A stretch of 64,000 nt of DNA from Carpediemonas membranifera BICM (lineage: Eukaryota > Protista > Fornicata), in contig JAHDYR010000048.1 in assembly GCA_019828565.1 (NCBI GenBank), positions 4,200 to 68,199 of the forward strand. The letters are read 5' to 3'. The position numbers and the translations under genes are program-made. Under the pieces are notes generated by a model. That model was given only the letters and a program-made list of their open reading frames with translations, was not told the DNA's origin and did not search any database. Of the stretch, positions 41,033 to 50,338 are shown in pieces. Within the stretch, counting starts at the first letter, position 1; every line of letters begins with the position of its first letter.

Positions 41033-44000
41033 CTATTCCTTGACGAAGTTCCATACCTCAATCTCATCTGGGGTAAACACCGGTGTGCCTGCCAGCAGCG
41101 TGCCTGCCTCCTCGCTGGTCGGCTCAAAGACGCCGAGGCTGTAGCTCTGCTCCAGCCGACTCGAGCAGTTGGTAAAGTCATCCGCGAACACGAGATCGCC
41201 CTGGGGCCCGCCGAACGAGATATATGACCCTCCCCGGGCATCGTTGGACACTAGCGCCTGCATGGGCGTGACCTTGTGATAAATAACGGCCATCTGCTCA
41301 CGGTCAGTGCCGGGCGGGCAGAGGGCGAGCTTGCTGGGGATGAACACATCCTCGGTGAGGGAGAAGAGGCAGCACTTGGCTGACCCCGTCTTAACACCGT
41401 TTGACCGCCACGGGGCAGAGGCGAAACCACCAAAGATGTGCTCACCCACTCTAGCGAGGATGACCGTTGACCCGTTGTCGTCGACCACAGCATGCATGGC
41501 GCCCATATCGCGTCCGTTCTTCCAGTCTGCCCACAGCAGTTTAGTGCTGGGGACTCTCGAGGCGATAGGGAGGGAGAAGTACATAACCTGCTTGGATTCG
41601 TCGCTGGATAAGATGTGAGAGTCGGCAAAGGGGACAGCCGTGAGTGTGACCTGGTTGGCCTCCATCATGGACCGTGTTTCCTCAGCCAGACGGCGAAGGG
41701 AGTACTGCCGGAAGACCTCAGAGAGGTCAGCCCGTTGCTGCTGCTGGTTGGCAGGATCCCGGGCTGTGGCACGAGCTCCAGCAGTCTCTCTGACCGCCTG
41801 GTCGGGGGATGGCGAGGGCGAGGGTGAGGCGTGGCTCATGGCCCCGCTCTGGGGCTGGTTCGTGTGGGGGGCGGACTGGCTGTCAGCCTCACGGAGGGAG
41901 GAGACTGAAGGGCCCCTGGACCGGCGGAGGCGGGTCTCGGAGGCGTCACGGTGCATGTCTGGGCGGGAGGGCTTGTCCGCGGCGGCCATTGGCTCTTGGA
42001 CAGGCTCGGGGCGGGTGGGCTCGGCGATCATGCCCATGTTGTTGTTGAATGCCTGCTCTACAGGCTCGGGGGGCACAGCCTCGTCCCTCTCGGGCTCTTG
42101 CTGCTCTCTCGCCATAGGGGCCGGGCGCTGTTGGCTCGACCACATAGGGTTGGTCTCGGGCTGGGCAGGTTGAGTGGGTTGGGCGGTGAAGCTGGGCGTG
42201 TCGTAGCCCATGTCGCCTTCAGGGAAGGAGGAGGCGGCTGGCTCGACCGGGATGGAGGACTGTTGGCGTTTGTTCTTCATCGTCTCTGCCCACAAGTCGC
42301 CGTTGCGGCGGACGATAGGGGAAGCGGTTTCAGACGCACCTGCGCCGCGAGCAATGACTTTCTCTGCCGGGTGGTTCGGCCCCATCGCCTTGAGCGCGCT
42401 GAACAGCACGCGCTGCTTCTTCTTGCCCTGCTGCTGATCCTGCGCGTTCATCTGATTGAACGTGTTCGGGAGTTCGGTGGGCGTGGGGTCAAAGGGTCTG
42501 GCGGGCGCCTGGGGTGTGGGCTCCTTGGCCTTGCCCTTGTTCCGCTGGAAGAGTGTGGCTCTGAAAGCAGAAGCGCTGGGGGCGGGCTTGAAGTCATCGA
42601 ACCCAAAGGCGTCGCCGTCCTCCAGACCAGGCTGGGGCTGGGGGTCGTAGATGTCCTGGGACACTGTCGGCTGGGCCCACTGCTGCTCGCCGAACTGACC
42701 CACGCCGCTGTGGGGCTGGTCAAACAGGCCCGCGGGGGTGAAGTTACCCTCGGTGACGTCCATGTCGCCTGTAAGCCGGAGGTCAGCCTCTACGTCGATG
42801 TCGCCCTTGACGATGAGCTTATCGTGCAGGATAGCCCTCATCTGTTGATGACGGCGCCATAGATGGAGGAAGCGGACGGGAGTGAGGTGCTCTCGTTGGG
42901 AGGACAGGAACTGATCGAGCCAGTGGATCTGGGACAACTGGCGCCGCATCTCGATCTCCTCGCCAAGTAGTGTGTTGAGCTTGCTCTGCGTCTTCTCCTG
43001 TAGACGGTATAGGATCTGCTGCAGCTGGCGGTAGATCATCTCCTCGACAGATGCAGAGTTCTTGTACACATCGCGGAGTCTCTCGTCGATCTCCTTAAGG
43101 TGCTCCCTGATGGCATCCCTGCGGGCGTCGAGGAGGGGATCCTGGTCTCCCGAGGCGTTCATCGCCTTCTCGTATGCTTGGTGCACCGACACTAGACGAT
43201 GCGTGGCAGACTCACCGGCGCTGTGGTTGCCCTCCATCTTGCACTTAACGCACACAGGCTCCTGGCACGTGGGGCAGAAGTACTCGACGGTCATGTCTGG
43301 GTGGTGGGGGCAAGTTCCGAAGAACAGAGGGTGCTCCTTGATCGGGACACGGACATGGCGGGCCACAAGCTTGTTCGCAGCGTGTACTTCGCGGTCGCAG
43401 GCCGGGCAGAGCTTGGCGCTGTCGGCAGCGCAGTAGACGGTGGCGTTGGCCTCTCCACATGCATCGCAGAGGTACTGCTCGCCCTGGGGGGCCTCGGGGT
43501 CGTACTCGAACTGCACTAGGAAGCACGGCATGATCCTGGCGCCGTCAGCGAGCATATACTTGTGACGGTAGAACTGTACATGCCCTGGGTCGTCCTCCGT
43601 AAAAAAGTTGACGGATGTGGCGCGGTCGGCTTCCATCTCCTTCAAGCGGGCGGCGACTGAGATGCTGTTCTCGCCGTCACAGACGTAGACGGAGTCGTAT
43701 CCATCGGGGATTGTGAACTTTTCGTTCGAGGGGTCGTTCTTCTCGGTCTCGACGCAGTAGGGCTTGCCTGTCGCTACCTGGCAGAGAAGGGCCTCATAGC
43801 GGTTGTTCTTAGCGCGCTGGGAGAGGTCCATGAGACCTGTGGTGATCGGGAGCCCCTTCTCGCCAATCTTGAAGCCACGCTGGCAAATGTCGTGGACGGT
43901 GTTCTCATTGTCCAACGTGAGGGTGTTAATCCAGCTTTCGACAATCATGGAGTCCGCAGATAGTCTCTCGAACTGCGCTGCGACGTGTGGGTTAACAACA

Positions 44001-44122
44001 TTCCAAATATTCACAATGCGGGCCTTTGATGAACCCGTGGAGAGATGAAGCAGATACTCTATACGCTGCGCGTCATCACTATCTTCGAGGATCGGCAGGC
44101 TATGCTCTATCGCCGTGCTCAT
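41033..44122 (-). CDS. PARP-like (degenerate ART fold) + two B-box zinc fingers + coiled coil + TLDc domain protein
   Basis: ICQRGF, LLCQVATGK, PDGYDSV, IMPCFLVQF; CDAC...YCAADSAKLC..CD..VH; CPHH...FCPTC...VCVKC...H; TLDc IFGGFASAPW...LFSL...FTPDEIEVW. Confidence 0.8.
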   Translation of the reverse strand: MSTAIEHSLPILEDSDDAQRIEYLLHLSTGSSKARIVNIWNVVNPHVAAQFERLSADSMIVESWINTLTLDNENTVHDICQRGFKIGEKGLPITTGLMDLSQRAKNNRYEALLCQVATGKPYCVETEKNDPSNEKFTIPDGYDSVYVCDGENSISVAARLKEMEADRATSVNFFTEDDPGHVQFYRHKYMLADGARIMPCFLVQFEYDPEAPQGEQYLCDACGEANATVYCAADSAKLCPACDREVHAANKLVARHVRVPIKEHPLFFGTCPHHPDMTVEYFCPTCQEPVCVKCKMEGNHSAGESATHRLVSVHQAYEKAMNASGDQDPLLDARRDAIREHLKEIDERLRDVYKNSASVEEMIYRQLQQILYRLQEKTQSKLNTLLGEEIEMRRQLSQIHWLDQFLSSQREHLTPVRFLHLWRRHQQMRAILHDKLIVKGDIDVEADLRLTGDMDVTEGNFTPAGLFDQPHSGVGQFGEQQWAQPTVSQDIYDPQPQPGLEDGDAFGFDDFKPAPSASAFRATLFQRNKGKAKEPTPQAPARPFDPTPTELPNTFNQMNAQDQQQGKKKQRVLFSALKAMGPNHPAEKVIARGAGASETASPIVRRNGDLWAETMKNKRQQSSIPVEPAASSFPEGDMGYDTPSFTAQPTQPAQPETNPMWSSQQRPAPMAREQQEPERDEAVPPEPVEQAFNNNMGMIAEPTRPEPVQEPMAAADKPSRPDMHRDASETRLRRSRGPSVSSLREADSQSAPHTNQPQSGAMSHASPSPSPSPDQAVRETAGARATARDPANQQQQRADLSEVFRQYSLRRLAEETRSMMEANQVTLTAVPFADSHILSSDESKQVMYFSLPIASRVPSTKLLWADWKNGRDMGAMHAVVDDNGSTVILARVGEHIFGGFASAPWRSNGVKTGSAKCCLFSLTEDVFIPSKLALCPPGTDREQMAVIYHKVTPMQALVSNDARGGSYISFGGPQGDLVFADDFTNCSSRLEQSYSLGVFEPTSEEAGTLLAGTPVFTPDEIEVWNFVKE

Positions 44123-44397
44123 CGTCTCGATTCTAAACAGCGAGAATTTCCTTAACCTGCGTGAAAATTCGCTACTGATTGCGGGTGACGAGAGTGGACA
44201 TGAGGGGCGGAGTGCTGTTCATTGGCTGTGGAATGGGTAGGGTTATAAATCAGACCTTCATCACCCAGTGATGCTGAATGTGAAGATTGCCCACCAACCG
44301 ACTGAAGCACTCTGGTCACCCAGTATGCTATATCCCTTCGCACCCACACCACCGATCCCCATGCCAATAACCGCGGTGCTTTTTACAATACCCTGCC

Positions 44398-45056
44398 CTA
44401 ATCTGACTCGCTGCCAGACGACTCTGATGACTCGGAGCCAGACTCGGGGGTCTCAGCAGGTTGATGGGGCTCAGTCTCCGCCTCAACCTCCTCGTCTGAC
44501 ACAGACTCCTCTTCATCCTCATCTTCCTGGACTTCCTTCGCCTTCTGCTGCTCGCACAGCCTGTCCATGATCTCCTTCCTCTGTGCCAGCTTATCAAAGC
44601 TCAGCTTGCCGAATAGAGGCAGGTAGTTCTCGTCCTCGGGGAAGAGCTCAACATACGTCAGCTGCGAGTCGAGAACAGCTCCCTCCTCCTTCAGCCTGAC
44701 CAGCTCGGCGATGGCGGCCTGCTTGGCAGTGTCGTCGTCGTCGTCGAGGGACTGGAACTTGAGCACGGCGGCCTCGAGGTTCTTCTTGGTCTTCTCAATG
44801 CTCCGCTTGACCTTGGTGCGCTCCACAAAGCGAAGGTCCTTGAACTTCTTCTTTGTAGCCTTTTGTTTCGTGAGTTCTACGTGCCGAAGCTTCAGCTTCT
44901 TCTCAATATCGCCAAGCTGCTGCTCGATCTTCTTCCTCTGCGATTCTTCGGCATCGCCCTGGGTAAGAGAGGTTTGCATGGACATACTAGCTTTCTGCGT
45001 AGCCTTTTAAGGCTCTGCCGCTTGGCCTTGAGTGTTTTCGCTGTTTCCGTCGCCAT
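44398..45056 (-). CDS. EFG1: rRNA-processing protein Efg1, 2 exons: 45056-44988, 44958-44398
   Basis: KFKDLRFVERTKVKR and LTYVELFPEDENYLPLF match Efg1 motifs; 29-nt intron 44987-44959 is GTATGT...CTTACCCAG. Confidence 0.75.
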
Positions 45057-45211
45057 CACGACCCAGCCTTTCGAAATGCGCTAAATTTCGACACTAGTCT
45101 CGCCGCCCGCCGCCCGGACTCAGTCAGCGACCCGCCCCATGCCCCGAGCCTTCATTTCGCGGGCTTCTTTTTTTCTTGCAAAAGATAAGCGATCACAAAA
45201 GCGGACGACGA
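45057..45211. promoter_or_regulatory. 155-bp putative bidirectional promoter between EFG1 and SPB1
   Basis: Head-to-head start codons; GC-rich core flanked by A/T tracts. Confidence 0.5.
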
Positions 45212-47566
45212 ATGGGAGCTGGTGATAAGGATCGCCATCAGAAGACCGGTAAGGGACGTCTTGATCACTTCTATTACCTCGCCAAGCAGCGTGGTCTTAG
45301 ATCGAGAGCTGCTTTCAAGATTGAGCAGCTTGGCAAGGACTTCAACCTTTTCGAGGACTGTAACGTCATTCTCGATCTCTGCGCTGCTCCCGGTGGCTGG
45401 ACGCAGATCGCTGCGAAGGAGATGCCCAAAGGCGGCCTCGTTGTTGCCGTGGATCTCGACCCCATTCCCACGATTGATCCCTCCACAGTGAACGCCACCA
45501 TCAAGACCTACGTGACCGATATCACCACGGAGCACTGCCGTAGCACTGTCCGCAAGGCTGTTAAGGAGCACTTCCCCGCCACGTCGAACCCCGTGGTCGA
45601 CGTTGTTCTTCACGATGGTGCCCCCAACATGGGTGCTGACTGGAACCTGGATGCTTTCCAGCAGAACATGCTTGTTGTCCATGCCATGCGTCTTGCCGCT
45701 GACATGCTGAAGGTCGGGGGGACTTTCGTGACCAAGGTCTTCAGATCTCGCCACTACAACAACCTCCTCGCCCTCATGAACGAGCTGTTCGAGGATGTAC
45801 AGGCCCGTACACCTAAGGCCACCCGTGAGACCTCTGCCGAGACCTTCATCGTCTGCCGCCGCTTCAACATGAAGCGCTACGCCAAGATTGACAAGGAGTT
45901 CTTCAACTTCGACAACATCTTCGTCGACCAGGACGCCAACGAGCCCGTCCGTCTCAAGGACATCGTCTCCTCCAAGCCCAACCAGGACGGCTACTCATAC
46001 GTCCGCGGCGGCGTCCTCCTTGAGAAGAAGATCGGCCTGACAGAGTATCTCTCCACTGACCTCCCGGCAGACCTCCTCAACGACGCCAACATCATCGAAA
46101 TCGACCCTGAGACCGACGCTAAGGCCCTCGAAGTCCTCTCTGAGCTCAAGATCTGGCCTAGAGGCATGAAGAGCATCACTGACCTCCAGGACGTCGCGGC
46201 CGACCTTAAAGTGCAGTCTAAGGACACGATCAAGAGCCTGCTCAACTGGCAGCGGAAGATCAGATTCCGTTTCCTCAGCGCCATGGCGCCCCTGCTTGAG
46301 AGTGGCAGCGAGGAGGAGGGTGAGGGTAGCGAGAGTGCGTCTGGTTCAGAGAACGAAGACGACGCCCTGGACAGCGGCTCGAGCTCGGAGTCAGAGTCGG
46401 ATACCGATGAAGAGCTGGACGACGAGATCAGGCGCCAGAAGAGGCGTGAGAAGGCTAAGCTTCGTCGCAGTGCACGCCGTAAGAAGGCCCGTCTCTCTCG
46501 AATGGTGATGGGCAACGTCGACCCCCTCATTGCCCTCGAGACTGCTGAGGGCGAGGCCCGCACACTCTTCACCCAGAAGATTCTCACTGGTGAAGTTGAG
46601 ATCGACGACGAGGAGCCCGAGCCCACCAAGATTGAGGTCCGCGACAACTCCGAGTCTGACGCCAGTGACGCCGAGAAGGATGAGTTCGCCGACAAGATGA
46701 AGTCGACCCTCGTCAACAGGCCCAAGGTTTCCCTGCCTACCTCCAACTGGTGGCAGAACGAGATATTCTCCGAGGATGAGGACGAGAGCAGTGCCAGTGA
46801 GGCCAGCGACGCCGAGCTCGACAAGGAGATGCCCAAACGCCAGGCCAAGAAGACAGTCGAAGAGTGGTCATCAGATGATGAATCCAACTCCGACACTTAC
46901 AACTCCAGCAACCAGAGCGGGTCCGACAACGACGATGAGGAGCTGGACTCGGACGACGGCTGGACGACCGACGACTCGGCCCGAATGGCCCAGAAGCTCG
47001 CCATCGGTGCGAAGATGATGCGGAAGAAGCAGCGGGAGGAGATGGAGGACGCCGCATACAACCGGTACAACTTCGACGACGAGGGGGTCGACATGCCAGA
47101 GTGGTTTGCCAAGGAGGACGCCTTCTACAATAGGCCGATGATGCCTGTTACCAAGGAGGAGGTCGAGGCCTTCCGGGCACGGCGTAAGCAGATCACAGAA
47201 CGCCCTACGAAGAAGCTGCTGGAGTTCAAGGCTCGTCAGATGCAGCGTAAGAAGCGCGAGGAGGCCAAGATCCTGGCCAAGGCTGCGCATCTCGCTGATC
47301 AGGACATTCCCGCCACGGAGAAGCTCAGAGAGGCGGAGAAGCTCGGCAGGCAGAGGTCTAAGCTCGACAAGAAGATCAGACAGAAGCCCAAGGCCAAGCG
47401 GCTCGATAAGAGGATGAAGGCTGACGGCGCGGGCCACGCCCTTGCTGGCGGGTCGGGTAAGAAGGCGCTGAGGAAGAACGGTGTCCTCTCGATGAAGCGG
47501 AAGCAGGGTAAGGCTGCGGGCAAGACGAAGCCCCGGACTAGGAAGGGGAGGTTCGGCCGGAGATAG
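45212..47566 (+). CDS. SPB1: pre-rRNA 2'-O-methyltransferase Spb1/FTSJ3
   Basis: GKGRLDHFYYLAKQRGLRSRAAFK, LDLCAAPGGW, VLHDGAPN, FVTKVFRS; Spb1_C AAYNRYNF...PEWF...RPTKKLLEFKAR. Confidence 0.95.
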   Translation: MGAGDKDRHQKTGKGRLDHFYYLAKQRGLRSRAAFKIEQLGKDFNLFEDCNVILDLCAAPGGWTQIAAKEMPKGGLVVAVDLDPIPTIDPSTVNATIKTYVTDITTEHCRSTVRKAVKEHFPATSNPVVDVVLHDGAPNMGADWNLDAFQQNMLVVHAMRLAADMLKVGGTFVTKVFRSRHYNNLLALMNELFEDVQARTPKATRETSAETFIVCRRFNMKRYAKIDKEFFNFDNIFVDQDANEPVRLKDIVSSKPNQDGYSYVRGGVLLEKKIGLTEYLSTDLPADLLNDANIIEIDPETDAKALEVLSELKIWPRGMKSITDLQDVAADLKVQSKDTIKSLLNWQRKIRFRFLSAMAPLLESGSEEEGEGSESASGSENEDDALDSGSSSESESDTDEELDDEIRRQKRREKAKLRRSARRKKARLSRMVMGNVDPLIALETAEGEARTLFTQKILTGEVEIDDEEPEPTKIEVRDNSESDASDAEKDEFADKMKSTLVNRPKVSLPTSNWWQNEIFSEDEDESSASEASDAELDKEMPKRQAKKTVEEWSSDDESNSDTYNSSNQSGSDNDDEELDSDDGWTTDDSARMAQKLAIGAKMMRKKQREEMEDAAYNRYNFDDEGVDMPEWFAKEDAFYNRPMMPVTKEEVEAFRARRKQITERPTKKLLEFKARQMQRKKREEAKILAKAAHLADQDIPATEKLREAEKLGRQRSKLDKKIRQKPKAKRLDKRMKADGAGHALAGGSGKKALRKNGVLSMKRKQGKAAGKTKPRTRKGRFGRR

Positions 47567-47779
47567 GCCGATAAATGCGGATTATTAGTGTTGGTGAGTG
47601 TGGGTGTGTATGGGCGAGGATTCGGGCCTGGCGCCTTACCGTAGAGCTTGAGTATGTGAAGTCTGCCATAGACGGTTGCGAGTCCTACTTTACTGCTTGC
47701 ACTGTGCACTCTATGATACTTCAGTACGGTGCATTTTAAGGGAAGGAGAAAACGCCGTCCCGAATTTTCGGCGTCCGCA

Positions 47780-50110
47780 ATGGTGGACGAAATCAATGAA
47801 CAGGATCTGCTGGATACAGCAGCTCACCTCGTCGAGCAGCGCCAGTATCGCCAGGCGATCGGCATGTATGAGCATTTCCGGGACCACATCAAGGCCACGA
47901 TGGAGACGTCGACGTTCCAGCACACTCAGACGCTCAGACTTCAGCTAGCTGATGTATATAACACTCTTGGCGCTCTTTGTGAGATCACAGGCGAGTATGC
48001 CGATGCTTTTCAGTACGTCTCGAGAGCAGCAGTCATATGCCCCGAAAACGCCGCAATTGCCGCCCATCTCGCCATGCTAGGACTACATACAATGGCCATC
48101 TGCCAGACCAGACTCAACCTGGTCCTCGGTCTCCTCACCTACGCCATATCTAAGGCAAAGTCCAAGCAAACCGAGGCGCACTGTCTTGCTTGTCGCTGTG
48201 CTGTAGCTCACGCACTCCGTGACTGGAGTGGTGCGATCTCTGACGGCATCAGAGCCAAGGCCCTCGGCCCCAAGCTTGTTACCGCGCTCGTAGTCCTCGC
48301 TGACACTTATAAGTCAACAAGTCGGATGGAATCTGGTACGTTATACATGAATGCTATTGAGATCGATGACAGGGCGAAGGCGTGCATCGGTAGAGGTTTT
48401 GCCCTCGATCGAGTAGACGAGATTTTGAAGTTTTTCCGCATGTTTTGGCCCGCGTGGGTCGGTCGGCCCCGACCATCGTTCACATACAAGGCCAAAAAGT
48501 CCCACTACGTGCCCGATCACGACATCCGCAGCACCTCTTGTCCTGTTGTGACGACGATGAACTTTCTCCAGTCGGTGCACAAGGGCGGCGAGAGTCTACC
48601 CGAGCCTGACAGTCTGCCAATGAATAGAACAACGCCTTTCGGCCGGCCTAATACCTCGGCCTGCACACCCAAACCTGCACGGGCATCTAGCAGTGTTCTT
48701 GCAGCGTCACAGCGCTTGGACACGCCTCGCCGTTCGAATCACTCCCCCCAGAAGGTCCTGCTGCCGTTCATACCAGTCGCATCTCCCGTCCCCGACTCAA
48801 GAAGTCAGGGCCGCCTGCAGGTCGGAGAGGTACCCGTCCCACACGGGGCGACTCGGCAGACTTATGAGAAACCGTGGTCGTCGCCCAGGCCGGCGACCAC
48901 AGAGCACCGCAAGTCACCACACAGGTTTAAGAGTGAGAAGCTGAACTTTTCTCCGGCCCGCAGCTACCGCAAGCCGTGGCAGGAGACGCCCAGCTCTCCA
49001 ATGACCCAGTGCACCCCCATCCCTGCCCAAGATTCCCCAAGAACGAAGGCTGTGACTCCACTCGACCTGACTCTCGATGCATCCCCGCCGCCGCTGACTG
49101 CCGATAACATCACACCCCCGCCGCCAGATACTGGGTCGATCCGCCTCGCCCGAGTCCTCGCAGAGACTGTAGCTAGAGCCTCGCCGGTGCTGGCAGTGAA
49201 GGTCAAGGGCGATGACTCACTCCTTGACGGAACCCGCACAGCGAGAGTCGCCCAGCGTCGAGAGATGGAGCTGTTGAAGAGAGCGACGAGTGAGTATCTC
49301 TCGACGCTCACACCGAGAGTCCGCCCAGCCCAGCCAGTGGTGGACGCCTCGACGCTCGGCCACTCACCCAGAGTTCCTCGACAGGATGACCGTCAGGCTG
49401 TGAATCTGTCACCAATGTATGTCGGGTACTCTAGAACAACTCGGGCGGGTGGGTTGACTGACTCAGAAACTGAGTCGGAAGAGGAGACCGCGAGAGTCGA
49501 GGCTAGCGCCGCTGACGACACCGTTATCAACTTACTGGCGGCCTCGCTGATCAAGAAGGCACCCGAGCTGATGCCAGAGACGCCCGAGGCTCTTGAACCA
49601 GTCGAAGATGCCAGAGTCGATCTGACTCCGACTCTGAGTGAGTCGCAGATCCGACTCATCGATGTCCCGCGTCCCTGCACAGCGGACGGGGTCCAGCCTT
49701 ACTCACTCACCTCCACACTCACGGAGCGTCTGCGCGGTGATTCCCCTTTGGTGGGGAGTAACAGTGTCCGCAGTTTTATACCGAGCAGTTTACGGCAGAC
49801 TCCGATGTCGAGTCGAGTTGCGGGATCTCCCAGGTCCCCTCGGAAGCCAGCCACGCCACGTACTACGACTCGGCCGACCAGACTGAGCACGAGCGGAGAT
49901 GCAGGCAGCATCCACGGTAACACCAGTGAGCATGCGCCGTCCTCGCCCTTCGTCAGGCGTGTGACTACCCCTACTCTTGTGTCCACCCCGGCCCGGTCAA
50001 CTTCAGGGTTCAACAGCCCGCGGTCGCCGTTGAAGGGATCTCTCTCTTCAGCACAGATGGCGGCGTTGAATCAGTCGAGCAGGATCAAGAAGATGGGCCA
50101 GTTTCGGTAG
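47780..50110 (+). CDS. TPR-like N-terminal domain + long Ser/Pro/Thr/Arg-rich disordered tail
   Basis: LADVYNTLGALCEITGEYADAFQYVSRAAVICPEN TPR-like motif; low-complexity C-terminus. Confidence 0.6.
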   Translation: MVDEINEQDLLDTAAHLVEQRQYRQAIGMYEHFRDHIKATMETSTFQHTQTLRLQLADVYNTLGALCEITGEYADAFQYVSRAAVICPENAAIAAHLAMLGLHTMAICQTRLNLVLGLLTYAISKAKSKQTEAHCLACRCAVAHALRDWSGAISDGIRAKALGPKLVTALVVLADTYKSTSRMESGTLYMNAIEIDDRAKACIGRGFALDRVDEILKFFRMFWPAWVGRPRPSFTYKAKKSHYVPDHDIRSTSCPVVTTMNFLQSVHKGGESLPEPDSLPMNRTTPFGRPNTSACTPKPARASSSVLAASQRLDTPRRSNHSPQKVLLPFIPVASPVPDSRSQGRLQVGEVPVPHGATRQTYEKPWSSPRPATTEHRKSPHRFKSEKLNFSPARSYRKPWQETPSSPMTQCTPIPAQDSPRTKAVTPLDLTLDASPPPLTADNITPPPPDTGSIRLARVLAETVARASPVLAVKVKGDDSLLDGTRTARVAQRREMELLKRATSEYLSTLTPRVRPAQPVVDASTLGHSPRVPRQDDRQAVNLSPMYVGYSRTTRAGGLTDSETESEEETARVEASAADDTVINLLAASLIKKAPELMPETPEALEPVEDARVDLTPTLSESQIRLIDVPRPCTADGVQPYSLTSTLTERLRGDSPLVGSNSVRSFIPSSLRQTPMSSRVAGSPRSPRKPATPRTTTRPTRLSTSGDAGSIHGNTSEHAPSSPFVRRVTTPTLVSTPARSTSGFNSPRSPLKGSLSSAQMAALNQSSRIKKMGQFR

Positions 50111-50338
50111 GGGGCCGGTATTGTACTACATAGCAGCATGGAGCGTATAAATCTCTCCTCTTACCGTGTTAACGTTAGGAAATGGGTGACTTTCGTGTGC
50201 TGATTTCCGAAGCAACGCAAAAGACAAGTGGCAAAAAGCCAGAATGTGATGTGAGCAGACGTATAGCTCGGCTGACCTACCGCGGAGCACTGCACCGTTG
50301 ACCTGCGCTAAACTGCGTCGTCGAGAAGCAAGCTCCTA

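Noticed and set aside
44183-44315. Short inverted repeat and C/D-box-like words in the intergenic spacer
   Set aside because: The matches are short, expected by chance, and give no coherent snoRNA architecture.
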